A DNA stretch of 64,000 nt from Mytilus edulis. Its lineage: Eukaryota. A model generated the notes under the pieces. The model ran no database searches. It was not told where the DNA came from and saw nothing but the letters and a program-made list of their open reading frames with translations. This document shows positions 1 through 14,500 of the stretch, piece after piece. The stretch's first letter is position 1, and every line of letters starts with the position of its first letter. The stretch spans positions 27,714,001 through 27,778,000 of the forward strand of contig NC_092351.1 in the NCBI RefSeq assembly GCF_963676685.1. Direction: 5' to 3'. The position numbers and the translations under genes were made by a program.

Positions 1-2523
1 AGTCATTAGTTATCTATGTTATGTCATGTGTACTTTTATGTGTCTGTTTGTCTTTTTCATTTTTAGCCTTGGCGTTACCAGTTTATTTTATGAGATTTAT
101 GAGTTTGACTGTTCCTCTGTTATCTTTCGCCCCTCTTTTGAAGTGATTCGGAGCTGTTCTATGTACTCATTACATATCCTCCAGATTTGTGTTAACTTTT
201 CCATAGTGCCTAAACTGCACATTCTGCTTGAAAACAATATTGAAAAAGTTTGAACTAGGGACACCCGAATAACAGTATAACGATATCGTTCTGGAAAACA
301 ATTATATAATTGTTTTTTCATACTTGACACAACAACTTTCAATATACGATTCCAGTTCAAGGATATGTACTTTCACTATGGTTTTTTAGTCTGTATTGGA
401 GTTTTGTCGATGATTGAAACTAAAATGAAACTTGCTTAAAATTGGGATGATTCGAAGCTCCTGTTTTACACATAATTTATTCACGTGCATTGTAACACAA
501 CCGTTCGTAAAGTATACGTAGCAAGTCAAAATCACCAATGTGCAAATGATTCACGTTTAAAGTTAATTCCTCTCGAAAGAGTACAATGTATAGTGACGTC
601 AATAGTTTTTTTTTCTTTCTCTTTTTACCTTGAAATATGATTTACTTGTAGGTGTACATGCGCCCACAACATAAGGTAATATTTTAATTGTCTCTGAACA
701 GATGAACATAGAAAGTAATGACAGTATTACACAACTGTCCATTACAGGTCATAAACAAATCATCAGGTGCGAGTCTTTGACATTTTTTGCAAATTGGCCG
801 CCGTAATTTCCACGGCTTACGATATCTAATAAACAAACTATAAAACGATGCAGTAAACTGGAGCAATTACTTCAAATAAACGATTAGAGCCATAATGAAA
901 TTGCATACGGTCTCTGAACTTCATCACATTGGAAGAAAACTCAATTAGATTCCTGTAAAATTCGCCTTAATGTTCAAATTTCCTCTGCTTCTGAGCTCTT
1001 ATTACCTTATAAACTCATCGTCAGTGGAATTAACAATTGCAAGAGCGGAAAATAACTGACATTATTTAAGTACAGCTACATTGTAACATAGCTGAGAGAA
1101 ATCAGATATATGTTATAAAGAAAAGTCTTACAACATATGTCAATATGTTAAAAAGACAGTATAAAAGCTAAGTAAAAGGTGTTTTTTCTCTTTTAACAAA
1201 ATAGTCATGATTATAAGTATCTTGAATTTCCAAATTATTTTTTCAAAGGAGATGATATGTAAATAGAATACATTTTTGACACAGCAACGCATAGTCAACA
1301 ATATGCACCAGAAACTAGGCATACTAAACAATGCTGCCCGTTTTTTCGTGTATCCGTTAAAGTACATTCACACTATGTAATTGAACGAAAGACATTTCGG
1401 ACGAAAGCAATATTTTATTCATTACCAGATTCATGGAAAAAAATAACACTGGAGACTTTCGCAACCAATGAATAGACTCCTAGAATGTTGAACGGATATA
1501 TAAAATGAGTTAAATAATTACTTTCCCAACCAGCATTATGTATATGTTGTTTATTGTTTTTCGATCTTCTTCGTGCTATCGAAATTCGTATTGCCAGAAG
1601 TTTCAGGGTTTCAACAAATACATCTCTTTTTATTCATATGAACTATTAAAAAGAACCTATAATCAAGTTAGCGTTTGCTTCAATTTACTATCAATGCGAG
1701 TGATGTTTTATTGACATGAACTGAAAAGACCTCGATTAACAATTAAAAATCCATGTTTTCCTAAATAAGTACAATGCTGTACTACGTTTAACTTAATTTT
1801 TACAGTTTATTATTGTTATTATTGATTACTGTTGTAAAAGTAAACAATAACAATAAACCTGCATATACTAAATCATGTTAAAGTGCCAATTTAGGAAATT
1901 ATCTGAGGCGATACAATTCCATACTGGGAAGCACTTAATGGACGCGGATCAATTGCGTGTATTAGAGCATTATAACCGATAAGAAACAAAGCATATTATC
2001 GTTATACGATGTAAGAACTTGTTCCAATTAAACCGTTATAGATTACAACTGTCACAGAATTACTCCTGTCTTTCAATCAATATTTAATAGTTTTTCTGTG
2101 TTGATGGACCTTTTTCATTTATAGAGCATCACTGTTTGAACTATACAGGTTTAATTGCATCTACATGCGACTTGGATTCTGTAACACCGATATCAAACTA
2201 AGATCTGATCATTTCATTTGGAATCTTGAACGGTTATTTTTCGACACGAAACTAGCTTTTCTATTTGTCTAATGTTAAGCCGCGCATCTTCAAATGACTC
2301 CGCCCCATAATTAAAATGTTGAACGGGAAAAGACGAGACAGAATTCACTTATGGATATTGATGATATACAGTGATTCAATAAAAACATCAACAATTCATC
2401 TATCAAATATGATTTTTGACGCATGAGGAAGTCCAAGATTGATACTAAGAAAACGTACTTAAAAGCTCAGAATTATCAAACATCCCAAATGAACGGATTT
2501 AAACAGCGCTATAACATACCGTC

Positions 2524-2569
2524 ATGTCTTGGATGGTTTTATTTGCCTTGATACTTCCAAAATCTTTTG
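2524..2569 (+). CDS. CA10: CA10-like exon 1 (signal peptide MSWMVLFALILPKSF)
   Basis: ATG at 2524, hydrophobic stretch, donor G|GTAAGT at 2570; phase 1 matches exon 2 and completes S-F-A, a plausible cleavage site. Confidence 0.7.
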
Positions 2570-5500
2570 GTAAGTTTTTTTCTTATCTTGTTTTAATTCC
2601 CTCTGGAACATTTGATATAATCTTTTCCAATAATTATCGTTTTTGTCTAAAACAAAAATGTTGAAATATAAAATGCTCGGTTTATTGTCAGTAAAATCAT
2701 GTTAGCCTTGTGTTTTCTTTCAAAAATGTGCAATTATGTTTTTATTACTAAATACGTCACAAATATTGTGTACAAGTGTTAATTATGCATCCTTATCAGT
2801 TCCATGAATAGCGTACTACATTTTGTACTTTGTGACAATTGAAATCTTTCCCTTTTTCATAAAAATCTTCTCCCTCGACACATACAAGTGTAATAAATAA
2901 AATAACCATTCATTTAACCACAAAATGAATAGACGAAACAAGTGTTGAACAAGCTTAAGCCGTCATGCATACATGTAGAAATATTGTTATTTACTGTTTA
3001 TGTCAATTAAAGTCAAAAGTTGATTATTTACAAGAGTTCAGAATAAAATACTATCTACACCTGATATGAGTTAAGAATAAAATACTATCTACACCTGATA
3101 TGAGTTTAGAATAAAATACTATCTACACCTGATATGAGTTCAGAATAAAATACTATCTACACCTGGTATGAGTTCAGACTAAAATATTATCTACACCTGA
3201 TATGAGTTCAGAATAAAACATTATCTACACCTGATATGAGATCAGAATAAAACATTATCTACACCTGATATGAGTTCAGAATAAAACATTATCTACACCT
3301 GATATGAGTTCAAAATAAAACATTATCTACACCTGATATGAGTTCAGAATAAAACATTATCTACACCTGATATGAGTTCAGAATAAAACACTATCTACAC
3401 CTGATTGAAGTTCTATGATAACTCAAGCAATCAACGACTCCTTAATTTATTTGTCCAAACTAAAAAATGATTGAGTTCTTGATTTCGATTTTCTTTTTTT
3501 TATCACCCCCAGTTTTTGGTGGGGTTCGTGTTGCTTAGTCTTTAGTTTTCTATGTTGTGTCTTCTGTACTATTATTTGTTTGTTTGTCTCTTTATTTTAA
3601 GCCATGGCGTTGTCAGTTTATTTTCAATCTATGAGTTTGACTTTCTCTCTGGTATCTTTCGTCCCTCTTTTGGGTTCGACTTGTTGTTAACAGCCCTGCT
3701 CTTACATTTAATGTTTCAAATTTTTTAATTAAGCGGCAAATTTTAACACTCACGTCGCACATTGTAACATTTTTCATAAGTAGCTGCCGTATTCAAATTT
3801 CTTCGTTTGCGGTATAGATAGACACAGAGCGAAATTCCATTTTCAGTACGTACATTTTGTTTAACCTCATCACACATTGTGCTTGTATCAAATCATGTTA
3901 TCTTGACCATGAAACATGTATGTTCACTCTTGCTTGTATTTGTGTAAATGTCTATCTGTTTAAGAATCGGACGTGGATGGTTGAAATGGGTGTGTTTTCT
4001 TATAGTCAACAATCTTGATGGTAAATTTTGTCATTCTTTTATGAAATAGTATATATCCACTACTTGAAAAGAAACTTCTTTTTAATGTTTGAAGTGCACA
4101 TGTTTAAATATGTCTACATCACACGGGACACTGCAACGTGAAAATCAAACCAAAATTATAATGCATGAACATATAGGTTTTAGTGTTTTAACTGCTCATA
4201 TGTTAATTCAGGGTCTTCCCTAGTATTATCATATTTAGATATATGAAAACCATTCCTTCATATGTTCTAATTGTTTTACTGAAGATTTAAGAAAATATAG
4301 AAACAATTCAATCATAATATGCAGAGCAATTTTTGGAACTTATACTTTATCATATGTTTTCTGTTTTGTGTTTATCATTCAATTTGTATTCAGTTCGGCA
4401 GTAACATATAATTTCAGAAGTCAATCATATTGCAATGATGTTAACATTAATATTGTTATAGGAATTTCTAAAGGGAAATCATGTGTGTATCTGTAAGGAG
4501 GCTTTTAATGGGTTTCATTATGCAAAGATGCTCTTCGCTAATCTTTCACGATACTATCTCCGGATTTTTATTGAAGTTTTCCTGTATAACTTTGTGAAGA
4601 TTTAGTTTGCACTACCTGACGTCTCCTTTGATTTAATATTTATCAAGCAATCCTTGCATGTCATTGGTCTATCTGGGAATATCACGCTTTTAATGAAATA
4701 CCTTTGTTCTTATTACAAAACGGGGAAATAAGACGTTTTTATATGCCTGCTTCTCATAAAATGTTTTAAGAATTTATACAGCTTCTAAGAAATCCTTAGG
4801 AAATCCTTTTAGTGTTTTCACAATATAAATCAAGAGACAGAACAGTGAGATATGTAATACATACAAGAAAAAGTAACAAAAATGACATACATGTAAGGTA
4901 TTAAAGAATTATGTTAATGGAAATACATGTACGCTATTATCATTTGCTTCTAGTTTACAGCAGGCACACATTTATTTGTTTTGGAAATTTCAAATTACTA
5001 CGCCGTGTATGGCAATTCAATTATTTTATTATTGTAGCATTCTGATGAATATAAAGTTACTATCGCAATTCATCAATCCTTAAAACTCCACCTACACAGC
5101 AACATTTACTATATATCAAACATCTCGGTACAGTTACAAATATTCTTAAGTTTATTTCAGTTTTTAACTCACGCAAATGAAAAGACTGGCGTCAGAAGAT
5201 TTCCTTTCAAGAAATACTTAAGTAAGGACAGTCATTTGATACAAATTTCATATCCGTATTGACTACTTATAGTCCATTAATGTGCAGAATTTCAAAGCAA
5301 TCAAAAATCAAACATTTTAATTGGAAATCAATGTGTTTGTTATTTACCTCTTTAGGTTTGCCATTAAAAATAAATTAAAGGTAAATAAGGAGCACACATG
5401 CAATGTGATACTTTAAAATCTGTCTGTGTTTTCTTTTGTTCCAACAAAGACTTTACATCTTCCAAAGTTTACTTGAGTAAAGGAAAGACTTTAAAGTCTT

Positions 5501-8500
5501 TCGTGAACATTTGAAAAACTAACATGCATGTAAATAACCTATAATTTTGAAGAAAAAAAGTTAATGTACCAATTCTGAAACTTTGTTACCTCATGCATGG
5601 GAACTAACTTATGTGCAGTTCTGACTGCTCTAAACACGAGTCATTAACGAATATGTCACAATACAACCAGTAGAAATACAGGGTGAATTTTGATGAGTTG
5701 ATGGTCTATTTTGATTGTACATGTATAAGAAAATGCCTGTACCAAGTCAAGAAAATTGTTATTCATTCGTTTGATGTGTTTGAGCTTTTGATTTTGACAT
5801 TTGTTTGGAACTATCTAGTTTTGTGATACGTTGTACAAGGAAAACCTAACTTCAAGTAAACAAATATTTAGATTAGTGACAGTATTTTGATATTAAATAA
5901 TATCCATAGGCCAAATTTTGATATTAAATAATATCTATAGGCCAAATTCTGATAATATTGAAATAATCCCATGATGAAGATTTATAATAGATTACTTTCG
6001 CGTGAAACATTTTTATTGACTTCACATTTTAAAAAGTATCAAAATTAAAACAAGGCCTTGGTGAATACTTGAATCATAAATACTCCTCATTAATTCTAAA
6101 TTATAAAAACAAATTTGGCATTATCAGCTTTAATGTCATAAAAAAATCCCAGTTGTGAATCTAAAAATTCAAAGAATATACAGTTCTACTTTTGATGTTC
6201 GTAATTTATATCCATTTGAATGTACGCCTTCTACTTCTATTGTCGAATATTGAACATGTACATGTATGTGATGAAAAATATGTTCAAATTAGGAACAAAT
6301 AAGTAACAAGTGATCAGTCTACAGCAATATGGAGTTAATTAGCACTTACATAGGACTGAGGAAAACAGAAATGTATTAAGCCGTCAAAATTGCATGTAAT
6401 TCAAATTCAATAATAAAGTTGAGAAAGGAAAAGGAAATTGGGAATGTGTCAAAGAAACAACAACCCGACCATAAAACAGACAACAGCAGAAGGTCTTCTA
6501 TGCAGCGAGAAATTCCCGCACCCGGAGGCGTCCTTCAGCTGGTCCCTAAACAAATATACTAGCTCAGTGATAATGAACGACATACTACACTTCAAATTAT
6601 ACACAAGAAACTAAAATTAAAAATAGTACAAGACTAACAAAATATAGATTATCGGGTTTTCTACATATTGCTATCGTAAAATATCAGCCATGAGCCACAA
6701 TGTGAACTTTTTTGGCGAGTGAGCCCAGCAAACGACCAAAAAACTTCACATTGTGTCGAGCGGCTGATATTTTACAATATCTATAACAAAAAAACAAGAC
6801 TATCTGTTTATCGTTCTATAACTGGTCGCTTTCCCCTCTCTTAGGCAGTTTTACGCTTGACGAAAGCAAATTTGATAACCTCTCCTCTCACATTGTGACG
6901 TCGCCGATAACTTCTCCTAAGACATTATGACGTCGCTGATAATGCATGTTCTCGTCTCTAAGCCGTGATACAAGAAAAGACAACTTTCGAGTTCAATGCA
7001 TTTCCGTCAAAAACTTTGGTTTAAGTGAACATCATATTCGTGCGTTTAGGGCTATCGTTACTTCCGTTCCTATGTTGAGCGAGTGGTTGAAAAACTATGA
7101 TGCCGCTATATTGCACGAATTATTTGGCAAATTAAATTCTCATAATTGACAATTAGCACTGCTGTCATTAGAAAATTCTGATTAAATACTTACGAAACAA
7201 ATATTATTTCTAGTTCTTCATGCACAATGCCGATCACTAAGACGCTTGATGAACGTTAATAATGCAGGAATACAGGCGATTCACTCTATCTGGTAAATGG
7301 CGTAATAAAGGCGGGCATAATTGACGAAAGGACAACTCAAAAGAGGTCTATTACGGAGCGACTGAGCAAGGTGACAAAGGCGTAGAGAAGGCCGATTATA
7401 AATAAAAACCTAACGTTGAGACAGTAAACACGTTTATAGCATGATTTCGCGCTGAAAAAGTTAATGTTTAGTTTGCACACTTGTCACTTGAACAAAAAAT
7501 TTATGAAAATTATTAAAATTATTGAATACCAAATTGCTCAACTGCTGATAACTTGAGACTGCATTACAAAATTACAAAATACATGTAGAAATAAATTGGA
7601 TTTAAACAGATACTGCATACAAAGTGTTTCATGCTAATGATATTGACAGAGGAACAAAGGTAATAATTAATAAATGAATGTTGAACACTTTACAGTAATT
7701 AACACATTGAATATTCACGTCACACTCATGATCTCTCTGTTATACAAACGAATATTTCTTTTACAGTTTCTATGAACTCAACGTGATCAATTTAATTCTA
7801 ATTCTCACAAAACTATGTTTTATTTTGCCCTTGCCATTTAATGAAAAAATAAATATCTTTACTAAATACCACATAACTCGTGATCTTTCTCTTTATAATC
7901 AATTTTGCTCTTCAGTAAATATTCCCTTTGAGATGAAATTGTCAATGATTTTTCTCTTGATTATTCTTCCGTTGAGGAACACTATTCGAAATGCATTATG
8001 CAACCGCATTATATTAACATGTTTTTTCAAATTGACAATTCCCGTTGTAAAATTTTCGATTTGGAATGTAACTATTTTATTACAAAGTTTTAATAGATCA
8101 TTTTGAAAGTACGATGGAATTACAAATGATTAATTTAACGTTACATGCTTGCACTAGTATTTGATTGAACAGATAAAAAAAAAGATATATCGTTTTGTAA
8201 ACATGTATAAATAAACAGGTTTGCTTTTTAAAATATTCATATCATTGAACAATTTATATTGATAAGACTTAAATGTGTGTGGTACAAAAGCCAGTGAAAA
8301 CTATCCACCACAGACCAAATGGCAAAGACAACTTAATTCACAGTATGGCCTTCATCGATGACGAAACTTGACCCAATTGGTTAGTTATAATATGGACATA
8401 GCGCGCAAATACATGACCATACTTTTTCGAAACTTTTTCACCAGGATCGGAGGGTATTAAAATAGATTTAAGTAATTTGAACAACTGTATGTACTTAATT

Positions 8501-11500
8501 CCCGTTTGAAAAGGACTATACAGATACACAGATAAATTGTACGTGATTCCACGTTTAAAACCCTAATATAAAAAAGGTTACTATGATCTGAAAAAAATCC
8601 CGTGTCGAGGCTATTAGAAGTTAAATCCTGAAATGTATTATTCGTGCATTAGTGATATAAATATTTACTTCATTGCAAACAAAAAATTATTTTTATAGAA
8701 TATCATGGGTTACGTTGAATATCGCAGCTATTCAGTAATCCTATGTAGATGCACTTCGGTTTCCGTTGGCAACGAAGTTATCGGCCTTTATCCTTGTCGT
8801 TCATTTTTTGGAAAATTATTCATTTCATGAATTTTCCCAATTGATAAGATATTCCCGTGCTTGTATTTCCTATCATGATTTCCTTGATAGAGGGTTGCTT
8901 CTCACAAGAAAGCTATTAAACCAAGAGTTCCAAATAGTGAAGTTGCACTCGTTCCTTCGTAAATTTTACGGACGTCATAACGAGGTGGTTGACTGTAATG
9001 TAATAACCGTTTCACAGAAGATATCGGATATGTTCCTTAAGTCTTTACTACAATCCCCTTCCCTTTTTCATGAATGTGACCTACCAAATTAGACTATTTA
9101 CCAGGTTTGTAATAACATGAGCAATACGACGGGTGCCACATGTGGGGCAGGATCTGCTTACCCTTCCGGAGCACATGAGATCACCCCTAGTTTTTGGTGG
9201 GGTTCGTGTTGCTTAGTCTTTAGTTTTCTATGTTGTGTCATGTGTGCTATTATTTGTCTGTTTGTCTTTTTTATTTTTAGTCATGGCGTTGTCAGTTTAT
9301 TTTCGATCTATGAGTTTGACTGTCCCTCTGTTATCTTTCGCCCCTCTTTTCCATATATTCTTGTCTTGAATATGCATGAAATATTTGCATCTGAACGTTA
9401 AACGAATAGCAACCAATCGATTAATAATTATTGTTGGATGCTTTGAATGTCGGACAACAGACTTGCGTTTACATCGTTGCATTAATGTAACCTTCATTGA
9501 TGAGCGATACTTGCAAAAACAATCTATTCATTCTATGTAAGTAAGAAATATAAGAAAAAAAATATTCAAAGCAACGAAAGCCATAGGAATCAACATTTGA
9601 ATTAGTTTATTCTCTCCGTTAAAAGAACACTAAAATTTGTATTATAGGGAATACATAATTATGATATAAAAAACTCAACAAAATAGTGAAAAAATATTTG
9701 ATAGAAGTAAACAGTTCAAAACTTATATAGTATCATGAATAAATCAAATGTTTTGACAATATCACATTTTGTAGGGAACTTCAAGGATATAAATCAAACT
9801 CTTAAGAATACTTGGGGAATTGCATAACTAAGATTTACTTATTCCCATATACATTTTCTTTTGAAATGGTCCCTGAATTAACGGAACATCATGTCAATCC
9901 TTGTAAGCAGGAGCTACAATTAAGTTAACTTATTAAATGTTACTTGCTATAATTAGACATGTTTCATATCCTTCCTTACTATTGACTTTGGATTTCTTTA
10001 ATACTTTAAAACCATACATGCCATACATCATTCAGATTTCTTTGCTTTCACTTTCTAAATAGCTTAGAAATTAATAACTAGATTTTAAATAAAGCGGTAA
10101 GAGGATTGCAAATATTATGAGTATACAATAAAACAAGGATTTCCATTTAAGCTTCCCTTTCAGTCTTTACATTTTATTATACTATAAAAGATTGAAGTCC
10201 TACATCATAATTAAAACCAACTAACGTAGGATGTAGATATGGAATGCTTGATCATATATCGTCTGCTGTCATTTTATAAAATCTATAATTCTTAAAATGA
10301 AAGTCATGAAAATGAAGATGACAAATTAATACAATTATAGAAGATACTAATAGAATTGTCAACCTACAACTAACTATGTTTTTATACTTAATATGTAGAC
10401 AATAATAATAGAATTGTCAACCTACAACTAACTATGCTTTTTATACTTAATATGTAGACAATGATAATAGAATTGTCAACCTACAACTAACTATGCTTTT
10501 TTTACCTAATATGATACCACACTCCCACTGTGTATAGACAATAATAGTGCATTGACTTGACATATCAACGATATAAGGATGAGGCTTAAAGACGGAGAAA
10601 TGCGAGGCTGTGCCGAGCTATTTCCCTGTTTCGGGCCGAATCTTTATATCGTTGATATGTCAAGTCAATGCACTATTATTGGATTTATACTGCAATCTAA
10701 AAAAACATTGTTTAATGCGTTAAGGTTATTTATTTGATTTAAATATCTCCTTTAAAAAGGCCTCATATCATGCTCGCGGAGAAATATACAACACAATGAA
10801 ATGTACATTTGCCTGTTGAATTCCACACTCGATGGTGAACGAAATCGTTTGAGTATGGACTAAAATATCAACCATAAGCATAAAGAATTGAATTATAGGT
10901 CGAAAACAAAAAATATTAACAAATGAAATATGTTTTTCCAATAATTGCAACGGAAACAAGGTTGAGTCGTTCCACTAATCGTTGTATGCTTAGGAAACAA
11001 GGACAGGTTGAAGAGGTCGTATGAATAATTAAATATTATTTCGGCAACTTCTATTTAAATATTCATGAGAAAAAGTGATATCGGGTCAGTGACTGTATAT
11101 GACATAGAAATATACAGTCAACGCATTTAAATAGAACGAGTGCAGTATAAACCAAAATATTAAATGCAGCCATTGGCTTGCAGGTAGTTGTGGTGACTAT
11201 GTAAAGCTAAGCAGGGGCGGATCCAGACATTTTAAAAAGGGGATCCGCCACTGCTAAGATACTAAAGAATTATCAATCTGTTTCGTTGACAATAAGATTG
11301 TTATAACTTAATCATATGACCTTTATGTAAAAAAATCATCATTTAACATCTTCTTTCAGTAAATATGACATTGTTACACTGATGTGAGTTTAAAAGATCA
11401 TACGTGAAGACAAATATGAAAGACATATAATGATATCTGTCATATTAAAAAATGTATGGATTTGACCAAGTCTTTTATACATCGTGAAATAATTTAAATG

Positions 11501-14500
11501 ACCAGTGACTTGGGTATTTTTTTCGGCGGAGCATGGAGTGTGTGGTTGTTATGGTCTATTATACGGTCCAAATAGATATAGGAACATGTGGTGTGAGTGC
11601 CAATGAGACAACTCTCCATCCAAATAACAATTTATAAAAGTAAACCATTATAGGTCAATGTACGGCCTTGAACACGGAGCCTTGGCTCACACCGAACAAT
11701 AAGATATGAAGGGCCCCAAAATTACTAGTGTAAAACCATTCAAACGGTAAAACCAACGGTCTAATGACCAACTCCTCTTTATTCCGCCAAACAGACATTA
11801 AAAATATTGTTTAGAAGTTTGGAAGAAGCTATTGCAATGTAGATACCATTACGTGTATGTCCTTAATCATATCAATTTGCAATAATTTCAAAATGTCTTC
11901 CTTTCTGCACTTTTAATTATTGATTGTTATTAGAATGCTTTAGCATCAAGATTTATTTTGCGACATGACAAATGATAAATTTGTTTTATTCGACCTTTAT
12001 CTGTTGACTTTGATGTTGTCCGATTTCCTCGACTAGTTTTTTTTTTTCCCTACCCCATTTGCATCTTTTTACTGTTTTACGCGAACTTTGATTAGTCTTA
12101 TATTTACATTTAAAATTTCATTATTTGAAAACCAGTTGGTTGGGTTTTTTTTTAAACTTCATTTTGAAATTCAGGTCAAATCTTTAACATCTGATAGGTA
12201 TACTTAAAAGTGAAATTTAAAATCATTTTTATATATGAAAAAATAAAACGAAATTTATGTACTTGAACTTTTTTTTCTATTTCAGCCAATGAATTAGGAA
12301 AGGTCTGGGGATACGATTCTCATCTTGGTAAGTTTTACTTCGTGCAATAATGTATAGCCAATAACTATATTTTGCAAATGGCCTTGCACGTGGCAAGAAT
12401 TTCACGATTTCCATATATAGATATTTTTTTCTTGCGATCAGTAATTTGTAATAATTTATATAAAAACAAGCAGAAGTGGTATGATTACCAATGAGACAAC
12501 TCCCCTACATAGACCAAATGACGTAGCATTTTTTAAAACTTTATGTCATTGTACGGCATGCAACAATGAGCAACATCTGGATGTTTGCCCCTGGTCGCTA
12601 TTCCTACAGTGTACGACCTTTTCAATATTTATTTATAAAGCATTATACGTATTCGATTGTTTTTGATGATAGTGTATCTTATCCGTGACAGAACATATAT
12701 TATGTGGCTGTGTATAGTTGTGAAATCTTATCACAACCACTTTGTCATGAAATTGGATATTTCTGTACATACAATATCAACACAGATGATAACTTCGCAA
12801 TATTGACATAATCTCTTCGCGTATAAAATACTAAATATGTAGCACGTTAAACTTTGGTATGTGTTTTATATTAGTCTTTGTCTTAGATCCCCTGGCACAT
12901 GCCCATTATCATTCAGTTGTGTTATGACCAGTTTTGTCAGGTTTCACGTAGTTTTACACAGCTTCGCAAGATAAATTGAAGGCGACTAGCATCGTCCTTG
13001 AACCCAACTTCCTCTTTAAGAGATGTCATCCTTTCGCTGAACAATTGATTTTTTACAATGTTATTGTTAAAAGAATTCCCATTTTGTGACTTTGTTGACT
13101 GCAACCTTTTCCAATGAACTTAAATTTCAAACTGTTTAATTTACTTCCTGTTTTAGGTTGTACTTTTACATCACTGTCTCAGTTAGGATTGGTTTAAAGT
13201 TCAGTAGTTGTAGTTGTCGTTGGTCTCTGTCAATTTTTTGTTTATTGTTTTATCATAAAAAAAATCGTTGCTGTTTTCGTTTGAATTGTTATACATTTTG
13301 TCGGTACCATTATTAGGTTATAATACGGAATGGATTTTGATCATTGTTGAAGGCCCTTAGGTGACGCATGTTTGCTTTTCTGGTATACGGTATCTAGAAT
13401 TCAAATCTGAAATAATAAACATCTTCTATCTTTATAGACATACATTTAAAGGTGTTAGGGAATCTACCTGGATTTGGGTAATGGTTACGGAATATCTGAT
13501 TGAGAAATGACTACAAAATTTTCCCACTGCCGTAACCACAATTCGATTATCCTTTCATTAATTGTTATATTATCGAAATCGAATTATTGCCGGATTATAT
13601 TAATGACAAAACGACGGATGCTACATGTCAGTGACTAGTAAAGTTGGAAATGCTTGAAAGGCAAGCATCCGAGACCACCACCGATTTTTAACGGGATTTG
13701 TGTTTCTCATTCTTTTGTAGTCTACGTAATATTTTGTAATTATTATCGTTGTTTTTTTACTTGCCGTCGTGTTGACCGCCTTTATGAAACTTGAAATGTA
13801 ATTGCCCTTTGTGTCCCCTTATTATCTACTTGCTTCATTTCTCATGGTTTTGCTAGATTCCATTTACTCCTACCCTTGAGTCTTAATTAGTTGACTATTA
13901 TCTACCAATAACTATTGGAATATCTGATTTGTTTGTGTGCCTGTGCTTAGTCTTACTGTATTTAAACTACTTCAGTATTCTATTAATTTAGTCATATTAA
14001 AATTTATAGAGTAAGATACTCGTACATGGTAAATAGAAAACATGTACAACAGCCATACTCATTTCTCTGAACGTTTTTCACGAAATTGCTTTCATTGGTT
14101 CTTTTTATGACCAGAAAACATATGTTTACAATGAATTATATCTGTTTATTCCTGCATGAGTTGTTTTTTCTTCAGTTTTCTAAATTATATGAATGAGTTA
14201 CTATACTTGTAATAAATGAGGTTTTGTCTTTTCCAACAATTGCAAACGACTTCGTGCGTAAAACTAGACTGAATGTTGTCTGCTATTTTTATAATTGGTT
14301 TTATGACTTTGATACATTTGGTGACGCGTAAATATTGATATCATTAATATGTCTTCTGCTTTGTGATGTGGAATAAAGTGTTTTTATACATCATATAATG
14401 CTGTACTGTAGCAAATAATAAAACTTCATTTATATCTAGAAGTACTACATTTTGGATAATATTGTAAATCAATATGAAAAAAATGTCCGTGCTATTTTCA

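Noticed and set aside
5483-5502. Perfect 20-bp palindrome GAAAGACTTTAAAGTCTTTC
   Set aside because: Isolated and AT-rich, with no associated structure.
9117-9401. ORFs such as MSNTTGATCGAG and MPHVEQDLL (36113)
   Set aside because: Chance frames in the non-coding PLE tail; different copies give different frames.
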